From NCBI GenBank assembly GCA_039588295.1, contig JBDHAB010000030.1, forward strand, positions 1 to 38,328: 38,328 nt of DNA, in the 5' to 3' direction. Origin of the DNA: Gemmatimonadota bacterium (GTDB taxonomy: Bacteria; Gemmatimonadota; Gemmatimonadetes; Gemmatimonadales; GWC2-71-9). The notes under the pieces are model-generated. The model ran no database searches. It saw only the letters and a program-made list of their open reading frames with translations, and was not told the DNA's origin. Below, in pieces: positions 16,773 through 26,367 of this stretch. Each line of letters starts with the position of its first letter. Within the stretch, counting starts at the first letter, position 1. The position numbers and the translations under genes were made by a program.

Positions 16773-18914
16773 TCAGGACGGCGTCTCTCCGAGTTGCACA
16801 CGGGCATCGATCGCCATGACGCCGTCCTCCAGCGCGATGAGCGGGTTGATGTCCATCTCCGCGATCCGCGGGTGACGCTCCGCCAGCTGGGATACCCGCA
16901 AGATCGCGTCGCTGAGAGCGCCGAGATCGCGTGGCGGCTCTCCCCGGACACCTTCCAGCAACTTGTACAGCTTCACTTCCCGGATCATCGCTTCGGCGTC
17001 GGTGTCCAGCAGCGGAGCGAGTCGGAGGACGACGTCGCGCATGACTTCGACGTAGATGCCGCCCATGCCGAACATCACGAGGGCCCCTACCCGGGGCACT
17101 CTCGTGAGACCAATGATGGTCTCCGTCCCGCCGGATGCCATCTGTTGAACCAAAATCCCGTCTATGGTCGGTGCGGACGAACCCTCGTCCCCCATTTGTG
17201 GCACGCGTTTGACCATGGTCCGTACGGAGCGCTCCACCTCGTTCTCATCCTGCAACCCGAGCGCGACCCCACCGACCTCGGTCTTATGGGTGATCTGCGG
17301 GCTTACGATCTTGAGCGCAACGGGAAACCCGAGGTCGACTGCCGCCTCCGCGACCGCGGGCGCGAGGCTTTGCGTTCCGTCGTGTGAGACGAACCGCCAG
17401 GGAACCGTTGGGATTCCGTATGCCTCGAGGATGCGGAGTGCGGCATGCTCGCTGAGCTTGCGCGAGCCGCGCTCGAGGGTCGCATCGACGACGTGCTCGA
17501 CCGCTGCATCGTCGGTATCGAACGATACCGGTCGGCCCTCGGGTCGGTCCGTCATGTGTCGGAAGCGCCACATGGCTCCGAGAGCCCGCGCTGCCGACTC
17601 CGGAAAGATGTAGGCAGGGATCTTCGCCTCGTGGAGCTCGGCCTGGCCCGCGGGCAACCCCTGGCGACCCATGAGCACGGCGAGGAGCGGCTTCTGGGGG
17701 AATCGCTCGTTGACGCGGACAATTGCGGCAGCGACGTCTCGCGTTTGGATGCCGAGCGGCGGAACGAACGCGGCAATGGCGGCATCCACGTTGGGATCGT
17801 CGAAGACACAGTCCAGCGCGAACTCGTAGTTGTGGGGCGTGGCGCTCGCGATGAGATCCACCGGGTTCTTGACGCTCGCCTCCTCCGGAAGCTGCGAGCG
17901 TAGCTTGTGTTCCGTTTCGGGTGCGAGCCGCACCACGTTGAGTCCGTTGTGCTCGCAGGAGTCGGCCGCGATGATGCCGGGGCCGCCGGCATTGGTGACG
18001 ATGGCGACCCGATTGCCGGCTGGCAGCGGCTGATTGGAAAAGGCCATCGCGAGGTCGAACAACTCGTTCACGGATTGCGCGCGAATGGCACCCGCCTGGG
18101 CGATCATCGCGTCGGTTGCCAGTTCCGTTCCGCCCAGTGCGCCCGTGTGCGACGCCGCTGCCCGTGCGCCGGCCCCGGTCCGACCGGACTTCACGACACA
18201 CACGGGTTTGCGCCTCGTGATCTGCCGCCCGAGATCCACGAACCGGGCCGGATTGCCGAAACTTTCCAGGTACATCAGCACCACACCGGTCCGCGGATCG
18301 TCGCGCCAGTACTCCAGCAGGTCGTTGCCGCTGACGTCCGCTTTGTTGCCGCTCGAGACGAACATTGAAATGCCGATCCCGAGGCTCTCGGCGTAATCGA
18401 GGATGCTGGCCCCCATCGCTCCCGATTGGCTGATGAAGCCGACCGGGCCCACAGGAGGGGTGGCCGGGGCGAACGTGGCGTTCATCGCGACCGCCGGGTC
18501 GTTATTGATGACACCCAGACAGTTGGGCCCCACCATGCGGACGCCCGTACGTCGGACGAGCTCCACCAACTCCCGCTCGCGCTCGACTCCCGCGCCGCCC
18601 ACTTCCTTGAACCCTGCGGAGATGACCACGAGACCTTTGACACCTGCGTCGACACATTGTCCGGCAACGGCCGCGACATGCTCCTTCGGTACGACGATCA
18701 CGGCGAGATCCACCGGGCCCGGGACATCCGTGATTGATGGGTAGGCCGGGATCGAATGGATTGCCGGCGCCTTCGGGTTCACGGGGTAGACGGGACCTTG
18801 GAACCCGACGCGCAGCAGATTATCGAGAATCTGCCAGCCGATCGTGTGCTGTTGCCGCGACGCTCCGATCACGGCAATGGACGTGGGCCGGAGGATGGAG
18901 TCGAGGGTCGACAT
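16773..18914 (-). CDS. Acetate/acyl-CoA ligase (ADP-forming), fused alpha-beta
   Basis: PTSIAVIGAS, YPVNP, GPNCLG, SQSGA, GNKADV, AASHTGAL (phospho-His), TNAGGPGI, NPVDL, HKTEVGGV, EMDINPL, DAR. Start ATG 18914; the longer ORF reads through a repeat array. Confidence 0.92.
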   Translation of the reverse strand: MSTLDSILRPTSIAVIGASRQQHTIGWQILDNLLRVGFQGPVYPVNPKAPAIHSIPAYPSITDVPGPVDLAVIVVPKEHVAAVAGQCVDAGVKGLVVISAGFKEVGGAGVERERELVELVRRTGVRMVGPNCLGVINNDPAVAMNATFAPATPPVGPVGFISQSGAMGASILDYAESLGIGISMFVSSGNKADVSGNDLLEYWRDDPRTGVVLMYLESFGNPARFVDLGRQITRRKPVCVVKSGRTGAGARAAASHTGALGGTELATDAMIAQAGAIRAQSVNELFDLAMAFSNQPLPAGNRVAIVTNAGGPGIIAADSCEHNGLNVVRLAPETEHKLRSQLPEEASVKNPVDLIASATPHNYEFALDCVFDDPNVDAAIAAFVPPLGIQTRDVAAAIVRVNERFPQKPLLAVLMGRQGLPAGQAELHEAKIPAYIFPESAARALGAMWRFRHMTDRPEGRPVSFDTDDAAVEHVVDATLERGSRKLSEHAALRILEAYGIPTVPWRFVSHDGTQSLAPAVAEAAVDLGFPVALKIVSPQITHKTEVGGVALGLQDENEVERSVRTMVKRVPQMGDEGSSAPTIDGILVQQMASGGTETIIGLTRVPRVGALVMFGMGGIYVEVMRDVVLRLAPLLDTDAEAMIREVKLYKLLEGVRGEPPRDLGALSDAILRVSQLAERHPRIAEMDINPLIALEDGVMAIDARVQLGETPS

Positions 18915-18932
18915 GGAATGGGAAGTTAGCAC

Positions 18933-19033
18933 GAGAGATGGAGAAGGGATAAGGGAGAAGGGAGAAGGGGGAAGGGATAGGGGGAGAGAGGAGAAGGGAG
19001 AAGGGAGTTTCGCTTCTCCCTTCTCCCTTCCCC
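18933..19033. repeat. Inverted heptamer array (GGAGAAG)n / (CTTCTCC)n
   Basis: About nine GGAGAAG-like units, a short spacer (tttcg), then cttctcc cttctcc cttcccc. Confidence 0.85.
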
Positions 19034-19069
19034 TAGACATTCGCCCTGCGACTGAAGACGTTGTACCTA

Positions 19070-19588
19070 GTGCTCACACTCCTCAAGATCCTCCAGTCCC
19101 TGGTTCGTACGTTGAACTCCGAGGGGACACCGCATCAGGTGGCCGTGGGGATGGCGCTCGGCGCCTGCCTTGGCCTCACGCCGTTGCTCAACCTGCACAA
19201 CCTGGTGATGGTTGCGGCGATCGCCCTGCTGAACGTGTCGGTGCCGGGCGCGGTGCTCGGGTGGTTGGTGACGATCCCCTTGGGATTCCTGCTCGATCCC
19301 GTCTTCGACGCTGTGGGGCGGGAGTTGCTCGTGGATGCGTCGGGACTCACGCCGCTTTGGACCACGATCTACAACACGCCGATTCTCTCGTTTGCCAACC
19401 TCAATAACTCGGTGGTGCTGGGGAGTCTGATCGGCTGGGCTCTGTTGGCGCTGCCGTTGTACGCGGTGGCGCGGTTGGGTGTTGCCCGGTACCGAGCGAC
19501 GATCTATCCGCGCATCGCGCGGTGGCGCGTGTTTCAGGTGATCCGCGCGTCCAAGCTCTACAACGTGTACCGGTTGTTTCAGGCCTGA
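19070..19588 (+). CDS. TIGR03546 family membrane protein
   Basis: LNSEGTPHQVAVG..LG..LGLTP..NLHN..LNVS..LLDPVFDAVG..WTTIYNTP..NNSVVLGS; paired with a TIGR03545-like gene. Start GTG 19070 or TTG 19061. Confidence 0.85.
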   Translation: MLTLLKILQSLVRTLNSEGTPHQVAVGMALGACLGLTPLLNLHNLVMVAAIALLNVSVPGAVLGWLVTIPLGFLLDPVFDAVGRELLVDASGLTPLWTTIYNTPILSFANLNNSVVLGSLIGWALLALPLYAVARLGVARYRATIYPRIARWRVFQVIRASKLYNVYRLFQA

Positions 19589-19589
19589 G

Positions 19590-21437
19590 ATGCGACACCT
19601 CGTCGTCTTCCGCTGGAGAGCCATTGTTCTTGTGGCGTTGCTCGTCCTGCTGCTTGTCGTCGGGTGGCTCGTGCTGCTCGACACGATGGTCGAGCGAGGA
19701 GTCGAGCGATCGGGGGCGTATTTGGTGGGGGCGAGGGTCGACGTTCAGTCGGCGGACGTGCGGTTGGGTGAGGGTGTCGTCGTGCTTCGAGGCCTGCAGG
19801 TGACGAATCCCGATGCGCCCATGACCAATCTGCTCGAGGCCGAGGAGATCGTGGTCGATGTTCGCATGGCACCGTTGCTCGAGCGCAAGGTACTGCTCGA
19901 CACGGTGGCCCTGCGGGGCATGCGATTCGGCACGCCACGGGGGGAATCCGGTGCGCTCGACGACATGCCGCCGGGAAGTGGACGGATCCATCGCGAGATC
20001 GCGCAGTGGGCGGGCGCGATTCGCATACCGCCGCTCACACTTGCGGGCCTTCGCCAGGCGGCGAACCTGGACGCCATTCAACCGGAGAGTCTCAAGACCG
20101 TAGCGGAAGCGCGTGCCAGCGCGCGGCTGGCCGACTCGCTGGTGCGACGCTGGGATGCGGAACTCCGTGCGCTCGATCCGCGGCCACGCATCGATTCGGC
20201 GCGCGCCCTCGTGGGACGACTGCAGACCGCGGATCCGCTTCGTTTGGGCGTGAGTGGAATGGCCAATCTGGCCACCTCGGCGCGAGGGACGCTCACCGAG
20301 GTGCAGGATCTCCGCGCACGGGTTGGCGGACTCGATTCGACGGCGCTCGCGCAGCTGACGCTGGCACGGGGGCGGCTCGACGCACTCGCCGCTTCTCGCG
20401 CTTCCGACATCGCTTTCGGGTTGAGCCTGCTCGAGCTTCCCACGCTCGAGGGTCCACAGCTGTCACCCGCGATCTTCGGTGATGCGGTCATCGCCTGGGT
20501 GCGTCCCGTGTTGTATTGGTTGCGACTCGCCGAAGAGTACCTGCCGCCCGGGCTCCGCCCCCGGCGCTATGCGGGAGCCGATCGGGTCCGCGGGCGCGGG
20601 ACGACGGTACTCTTCCCCACCGAACGGTCCGATCCGCGGTTCCTGTTCGGCAACGGGGAAGCGAGCTTTGTGCTTGCGGGGAGTCCGAACATCGCCGGCG
20701 AGTATCGGGTTCACATTACCGGCTTGACCTCCGATCCGGCTCTGTACGGCAAGCCGCTCGCGCTCGTGGCCGAGCGGGCACAAGCGACGCGTGGCCCCGC
20801 GAGCGTGAAGCTAGCGGTGGTCTTGAACCATGTCGCTCGGCCCGTCCGGGATTCGGTGGACGTCGTGTTGCGGGAGATCGGCCTACCGGCACTCGATCTC
20901 CGTGCGATTGGCGCGCGGCTCCTCTTGGGTCGAGGCGCAACAGAATTGTCAGTACGACGCACGGGCGACCAGCTCTCGGGCCGGTGGACCTGGCGTACGA
21001 CTGACGCGTCGTGGGAGCGGCTGGCCGCCGATACCGCTCAGGAGGTGCCGAGCGTCGGCAGTCGCCGGTGGGTGGAGGAGCTGCTGTGGCGCGCGGTGTC
21101 CGGCGTTCGCGCCGTCGACCTCGAGTTGCAGCTGAGCGGGGACATTCGATGGCCGTCGCTGGCGGTGCGGTCCAACGTGGGTGAGGTGGTCGCACGGGCG
21201 TTGCGGCAGGAGGTTGGTCGCGAGGTCGAGCGAGTCGAGCGGGACGTGCGGGAGAGAGTGGATGCCCTGACCGAACGGGGGATCGCGCGCGCACACGAGG
21301 GCGTGGACGCGCTGCAGGCGAAGCTGACGAACGAAATCGCATCGCGGCTTGCGGAGCTCGAGGCGCTGGAGGCGCAGTTACGGGATGAGATCCGTAAGCT
21401 CTCGCGCCGGTTGCCCGAAGGGCTTCCGGTCCCATAA
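19590..21437 (+). CDS. TIGR03545 family protein (N-terminal anchor, AsmA-like N-terminus)
   Basis: FRWRAIV + TM helix; VGARVDV..GLQVTNPDAPMTNL, FGTPRGESGAL, RGRGTTVLFP, ITGLTSDPALYGKP; 1 bp after the upstream gene. Confidence 0.8.
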   Translation: MRHLVVFRWRAIVLVALLVLLLVVGWLVLLDTMVERGVERSGAYLVGARVDVQSADVRLGEGVVVLRGLQVTNPDAPMTNLLEAEEIVVDVRMAPLLERKVLLDTVALRGMRFGTPRGESGALDDMPPGSGRIHREIAQWAGAIRIPPLTLAGLRQAANLDAIQPESLKTVAEARASARLADSLVRRWDAELRALDPRPRIDSARALVGRLQTADPLRLGVSGMANLATSARGTLTEVQDLRARVGGLDSTALAQLTLARGRLDALAASRASDIAFGLSLLELPTLEGPQLSPAIFGDAVIAWVRPVLYWLRLAEEYLPPGLRPRRYAGADRVRGRGTTVLFPTERSDPRFLFGNGEASFVLAGSPNIAGEYRVHITGLTSDPALYGKPLALVAERAQATRGPASVKLAVVLNHVARPVRDSVDVVLREIGLPALDLRAIGARLLLGRGATELSVRRTGDQLSGRWTWRTTDASWERLAADTAQEVPSVGSRRWVEELLWRAVSGVRAVDLELQLSGDIRWPSLAVRSNVGEVVARALRQEVGREVERVERDVRERVDALTERGIARAHEGVDALQAKLTNEIASRLAELEALEAQLRDEIRKLSRRLPEGLPVP

Positions 21438-21513
21438 TGAGGTGAGCCGTGCGTGATCCGAACACGGCCGATCCGCGAGCGCCGCGACCCTCACCGTCGC
21501 CGATTGAGGTGCG

Positions 21514-24500
21514 ATGACGATCAACATTCCTGACGGGCAAAGCGCGGTGAGCGCCCATCGCCCGGACCTGGTGTCCGAGATCAATGCAGCACTGGGGGCG
21601 GCCGCTCGTGAGAGCGCCGACCGGTCTCTCGTGTCGGATCGTGGGGCGGTCGCAACGCTCCAAGCGTCCGACCGAGTGGACGGGCTCCTCGAACACACCG
21701 AACTGGAATTGCTCCGTATGCTGGTGCAGCGGTGTGTGACCCGACTCGAGCAGGCGGACTCCGAGGCTCGGTCAGCGCTGCGGCGGTTCGCGTGGGTGGT
21801 GCTCGACCTGGTCCGACGACCGGCCGTCGTCCGACGGGTGGATCGGGCGGCGATCGGAGATTGGGCCGGGCTGTTCCTACGAGCGATCGAAGTCTCGCAT
21901 CTCACGGTGGGACCGCTGCTCCGGCAACGTGCGGCGCGGTACGGTGAAAAGACGCTCTTCGAGCTTCCAGACAGCGGGGCGGGTGAGAGCCTGTCGTGGC
22001 ACGCGGTGATGCGGCGCGTCGATGCGATCGCTCGCGGGTTGCTTTCCCTGGACGATCCCGAGCGCATCGCGCCCGTCGCTATCCTCTCCGAGAATCGCAT
22101 CGAGATGGCGCTGCTGGATCTCGCATGTCTCTCGGCGGGCCTTCTCGATGTGATGGTGCCGGCCAACTCTACGGAGGCAGACGTCGGCTACATCCTGCGC
22201 CACGCCAAGGTGGCCACGGTGGTGGTTTCGAGCCGTGGGCAGCTGCGTAAAGTCCAGCACAACCGCGATAACCTTCCGGCACTGCGGCGGGTCATCACGA
22301 TGGACTCCATCGCAATCGGCGATCCGGATCTGCTGACCCTCGAGGCGGTGGAACAGCGGTCGGACCAGGTGGAGCCCGACGTTCCGGCACAGCGGGGCGA
22401 GGCCATCTCGATCGACGATGTCGCGACGGTCATGTACACGTCGGGCACCACCGGCATGCCCAAGGGGATTCAGTTCTCTCATCGCAACCTGGTCTTCAAG
22501 CGGTTCGCACGGGGACTGGCCCTTCCAGAGATCGGCGACGGGGATGTATTCCTCTCCTACCTGCCGCTGTTCCATACGTTTGGCCGGTTTCTCGAGATGT
22601 TGGGCTGCGTGTTCTGGGGTGCCAAGTACTGCTTCCTGCAGGACCCTTCGGTATCCGCGCTCGTGCAGGGAATGCAGCGCTACCGGCCAAGCGTGTTCAT
22701 CAGTGTCCCGCGAAAGTGGATCCAGTTATACGAGACGGCCGCAAACCGAGCGAACCTCCTAGAGGCCTCCGATGAGGAGATACTGGAGGTCACCAAGGAC
22801 GTGACCGGGGGTCGCCTACGCTGGGGCCTGTCCGCTGCCGGCCATCTGGAGTCGGAAATCTTCCGCTTCTTCCACAAGCAGGGCATCCAGGTCCTGAGCG
22901 GCTTCGGGATGAGTGAAGCCACGGGCGGCATCACCATGACGCCACCGTTCGAATACAAGGACGATTCACTGGGCGTCCCGCTCCCGGGCATCGAGCTGAA
23001 GTTGGCCGAAGATGGCGAACTGTGGATTCGCGGGCCCTACGTCATGATCGGGTATCTCGATCCGCCAGAGGGCGAACCCTCGTTTGACGCGGAGCGTTGG
23101 CTTCCGAGCGGGGACCTCATGCATCGAGATGCCGACGGCCACCTCCGCATCATCGATCGCAAGAAGGAGATCTACAAGAACATCAAGGGGCAGACGATCG
23201 CGCCGCAACGGATCGAGAACCTGTTCCGGGAATTCGAATCGGTCGGCCGCGTGTTCCTGGTGGGCGACCACAGGGAGTACAACACCCTCCTGATCTATCC
23301 GAATCCCGCCTATAAGGAGTTGGATTTCGGTTCGCGGCCGGCCCAGGAGGTGCGCGACCACTTCAGGTCCCTTGTCGCGTCGGTCAACAAGTTTGTGGCG
23401 CCGTTCGAGCGCATCGTGGACTTTGCGGTCATCGATCGTGATCTGGATGGGGATCGGGGGGAGCTGACGCCGAAAGGAACGCCGCGTCGCATGGTGGTCG
23501 TGGAGCACTTCGCAGACGCCATCGACGCACTCTACCGACGGACCAATCTCGAGGTCGGGGGTGTCGAGCTCACACTTCCCAATTGGCTGTTTCAGGCACT
23601 CGGCCTGACGGCGCAAGACGTGCAGGTCGTCCCAAACGGAATCGCAATCCCGTCGCTGGAGAGTCAACTCACGGTTCAGCGACTCGATGACATGCGGGTA
23701 CGGATCGGCTCCTGCTTGTATGTGGTTCCTCCGCGGGCGCTGAACCTCGGCGCCTTCCTCGCCACGCCACGGCTGTGGTTGGGGAACGAGGAGCTTGTGG
23801 CCTTTGCGCCGTTGGAGCTGTCCAGACGTGATCGGCCTGGCCGCCAGCATGTGGGGATCGCATGGTCGGGTCGCGTCGAACCCTCTCGACTCGCGGAGTC
23901 CGAACACGCGGCCTTGCGCGAGGCCGTCCGACGATCGGAATGGGATCTGCTGGAGCTCGATCGCGCGGCGCGCGCCATCGCCTCGGTCACTGAGGAGGCG
24001 GCGCTCGACGGGGTGCGACTGCTCGAGCGGGTGTTGGTGAATGAGGAAGGACCGCTCGCGGAGCCGGCACGGCTCGTGTTGGCGTGGGGTGCCGAGGCGG
24101 AATTCCCCGATGTGCGGCGCCGGGCCTTTCAGACGCTGGTACCCGCGGAACGCATTGCTCGCTTCCCCGAAACGCTGCGACGTTTCCTGGCGCGCGATCC
24201 GCTGTTGATCGATGCGGAAACGTCGTCGTTCCTCTGCGAGCGGAGTCTTCCCGACACGAAGATCGGAGCCTTCATCACGCTCGTTGAGGACGCGTGCATG
24301 CGAGACGGCGTCCGCAGCGACTGCGAGCCACTCTCACAATCGCTGCTGGGGTTCCTCGCCGAGTATGGAGCGGCACACCCGGCGCGGTTTGCGACGACGC
24401 GGGCGTTCCTCGTGCGAATGAGCCTGTTCGCGCAATCCCCGGAGGTCCGCCGCCGCGCCGCCGACGCCCGCGTGACCCTGGAATACGGCTTCCGTCAATG

Positions 24501-26280
24501 GCTGGGCCCGACGTCGAAGATCGCCGTCGACACCGAGACGGGTCAGGAGTATCGCTGGGAGGACGTGGTAGTGTTTGCCGAGGATACGGCTGAGACCGTC
24601 CGCAAACGTCTCCTGTCGGCAATCAAGACCACGCCGTTCCTGCGGGAGGCCGTATTCCTGTTCTACCGGGGCACGTTGATTCGGCTGAGCGACATCCCAC
24701 CGGGAGGGGTGTGGATTCGCTTGCTAGGCTCCCGACACGGGAAGTCGGTCTATCGAGTGACGGTGCAGACGCGGACCCAGGATACGTACGATCTCGCAGT
24801 GAATCTCAACGATGAGCTGTCGTCCGATCAGGTGCACGACGAGATCGACTGGCTGATCGTGTGCTCGGCGCCGGGGCCGGGCGCCCCGGTTGTGGAACGA
24901 TTCGGCGGGCACTTCGGGGAGCAGGATCTGTGGAGTGAGGAGTACGTGTCCGGCGATACGCTGGATCGAGAGATCCGACGGCTTGCGCGCCGCACGACCC
25001 AAGAAGAAGGGCTCGTCCAGCTATGGCCGTTCCTGGCGTGGAGTGCGCTCTCCGCCTACGTGGATTTCTGGCAGCGCACGGGGCGTCGTCTCGAGATCAC
25101 CGATCCCAGTATGGCAGACATCGTGCTGCCCACCCACGACTACCACACGGGGTCCCGGATTGTATCGTTGTCCGCCAGGCAACCACATGGCGGGCTGCTC
25201 GCGATGCTGCAGTTGTTCCGGGAGCGGTTCCTGCACGGCGTTGAGCAGGAGCACGACGTGCTCCGCGGTGTGGTCGGGTGGGACGTGATCTTCTCCGCTG
25301 TGCTGGAAGTGATCGGCGAACAGGATGGGCTGATGGCGCTCGATGAGGCGCTGACCGCGCAGCCGGAAGCTCCGGCGGGGTTGCGGGAGGCGTTGCATGC
25401 GTACGTGGCGACGGTCCGAACGCGCGGATTTCTACCCATGCGACTGTTCTTTGCTGCCAAGCGGTATCGTCGCTGGGCCCAGCTCAACCAGGATGCGACC
25501 CCGCAGGCGCGTGCGCGGACGCTGCAGGAGCTGTACGACACCTACCAATTGGATCGGTTGGCACAGTCGCATCCCGAGGTTCGCCTGCGGTTCTTCCGCG
25601 AGACGGTATTTCGCGGGGCGTCGGCGGAGTTGATACGCGGTCTGGACGAGCTGATTGCCCTCGTGCGGTCCGGAGAGCTGCGCAACGGTGAGCTTGCCGG
25701 TGCCGTCGCCGACCTGCGACAACGGTTATCGGTGGAGTCGGACGAGGACTACTTCCTGGCCCGGGTTCCGTTCGCGCACATCCGTCCCGAGGACGAAGTT
25801 GATTTCGTTAGCACCGATCTTGGCGGTATGGCGCAGAGCGAGATCGTGGTGCGTCTGGAAGACGCGGACGCCAACCTGTTCCAGGTTCGTCATGCGCTCG
25901 TGCCCAGGGAAGTGGAGCGGCTGCACCGGCTGTTCCTGTCGGCCAAGCTCGAAGTTCGGTTCCGTCCTGAGAATCGCTACCTCCTTGCCATCAACGCGCG
26001 GGAGCAGATCATCGGAGGGATCTTCTACGAGTTCGAAGAGAGCGGCGAGAGCGCTCACCTCGAGAAGATCGTCGTCGCCGACGGCTATCGTCGGAAGGGC
26101 GTGGCCGACGGATTGATGCGGGAGTTCTTCAACCGGTCGCGCGCGGCCGGGGCGAAGCGTGTAACAACCGGGTTCTTCCGGCCGGAGTATTTCTATTCCT
26201 ACGGATTCAAGATCGAGAAGCGCTACGCCGGCTTGGTGAAGCCCCTCGCAGAGGAGCCCGAGGACGCGACCGAGAGCTGA
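21514..26280 (+). CDS. Multidomain protein: long-chain acyl-CoA-synthetase-like AMP-binding domain + helical region + kinase-like region + C-terminal GNAT acetyltransferase
   Basis: AILSENRIE, MYTSGTTGMPKG, SYLPLFH, SVPR, GFGMSE, RGPYVMIGY, SGDL, DRKKEI..GQTIAPQRIE; C-terminal HLEKIVVADGYRRKGVADGLM..YFYSYGF; GAGGTG SD. Confidence 0.88.
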   Translation: MTINIPDGQSAVSAHRPDLVSEINAALGAAARESADRSLVSDRGAVATLQASDRVDGLLEHTELELLRMLVQRCVTRLEQADSEARSALRRFAWVVLDLVRRPAVVRRVDRAAIGDWAGLFLRAIEVSHLTVGPLLRQRAARYGEKTLFELPDSGAGESLSWHAVMRRVDAIARGLLSLDDPERIAPVAILSENRIEMALLDLACLSAGLLDVMVPANSTEADVGYILRHAKVATVVVSSRGQLRKVQHNRDNLPALRRVITMDSIAIGDPDLLTLEAVEQRSDQVEPDVPAQRGEAISIDDVATVMYTSGTTGMPKGIQFSHRNLVFKRFARGLALPEIGDGDVFLSYLPLFHTFGRFLEMLGCVFWGAKYCFLQDPSVSALVQGMQRYRPSVFISVPRKWIQLYETAANRANLLEASDEEILEVTKDVTGGRLRWGLSAAGHLESEIFRFFHKQGIQVLSGFGMSEATGGITMTPPFEYKDDSLGVPLPGIELKLAEDGELWIRGPYVMIGYLDPPEGEPSFDAERWLPSGDLMHRDADGHLRIIDRKKEIYKNIKGQTIAPQRIENLFREFESVGRVFLVGDHREYNTLLIYPNPAYKELDFGSRPAQEVRDHFRSLVASVNKFVAPFERIVDFAVIDRDLDGDRGELTPKGTPRRMVVVEHFADAIDALYRRTNLEVGGVELTLPNWLFQALGLTAQDVQVVPNGIAIPSLESQLTVQRLDDMRVRIGSCLYVVPPRALNLGAFLATPRLWLGNEELVAFAPLELSRRDRPGRQHVGIAWSGRVEPSRLAESEHAALREAVRRSEWDLLELDRAARAIASVTEEAALDGVRLLERVLVNEEGPLAEPARLVLAWGAEAEFPDVRRRAFQTLVPAERIARFPETLRRFLARDPLLIDAETSSFLCERSLPDTKIGAFITLVEDACMRDGVRSDCEPLSQSLLGFLAEYGAAHPARFATTRAFLVRMSLFAQSPEVRRRAADARVTLEYGFRQWLGPTSKIAVDTETGQEYRWEDVVVFAEDTAETVRKRLLSAIKTTPFLREAVFLFYRGTLIRLSDIPPGGVWIRLLGSRHGKSVYRVTVQTRTQDTYDLAVNLNDELSSDQVHDEIDWLIVCSAPGPGAPVVERFGGHFGEQDLWSEEYVSGDTLDREIRRLARRTTQEEGLVQLWPFLAWSALSAYVDFWQRTGRRLEITDPSMADIVLPTHDYHTGSRIVSLSARQPHGGLLAMLQLFRERFLHGVEQEHDVLRGVVGWDVIFSAVLEVIGEQDGLMALDEALTAQPEAPAGLREALHAYVATVRTRGFLPMRLFFAAKRYRRWAQLNQDATPQARARTLQELYDTYQLDRLAQSHPEVRLRFFRETVFRGASAELIRGLDELIALVRSGELRNGELAGAVADLRQRLSVESDEDYFLARVPFAHIRPEDEVDFVSTDLGGMAQSEIVVRLEDADANLFQVRHALVPREVERLHRLFLSAKLEVRFRPENRYLLAINAREQIIGGIFYEFEESGESAHLEKIVVADGYRRKGVADGLMREFFNRSRAAGAKRVTTGFFRPEYFYSYGFKIEKRYAGLVKPLAEEPEDATES

Positions 26281-26305
26281 TCGTCGTCGCTCCCGGACCG
26301 GAGCG

Positions 26306-26338
26306 AGAGAAAAGGGGGAACCCGTTCGGGCTCCCCCT
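26306..26338 (-). terminator. Rho-independent terminator of citrate synthase
   Basis: Minus strand agggggagccc-gaac-gggttccccct followed by tttctct. Confidence 0.75.
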
Positions 26339-26367
26339 CCGTACATCGCCGATCCGCGCGATGCGCG

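Noticed and set aside
18915..19040. N-terminal extensions of ORFs 16773..19040, 27491..30406, 30439..31422, 5514..8909 and 4249..5505
   Set aside because: They run through repeat arrays, intergenic DNA or the opposite gene; downstream starts fit SD sites, signal peptides or family N-termini better.
21514..26280. NRPS or carboxylic acid reductase interpretation of the giant ORF
   Set aside because: No phosphopantetheine-attachment (GGxS-type) motif, HHxxxDG condensation motif or Rossmann reductase domain recognised.
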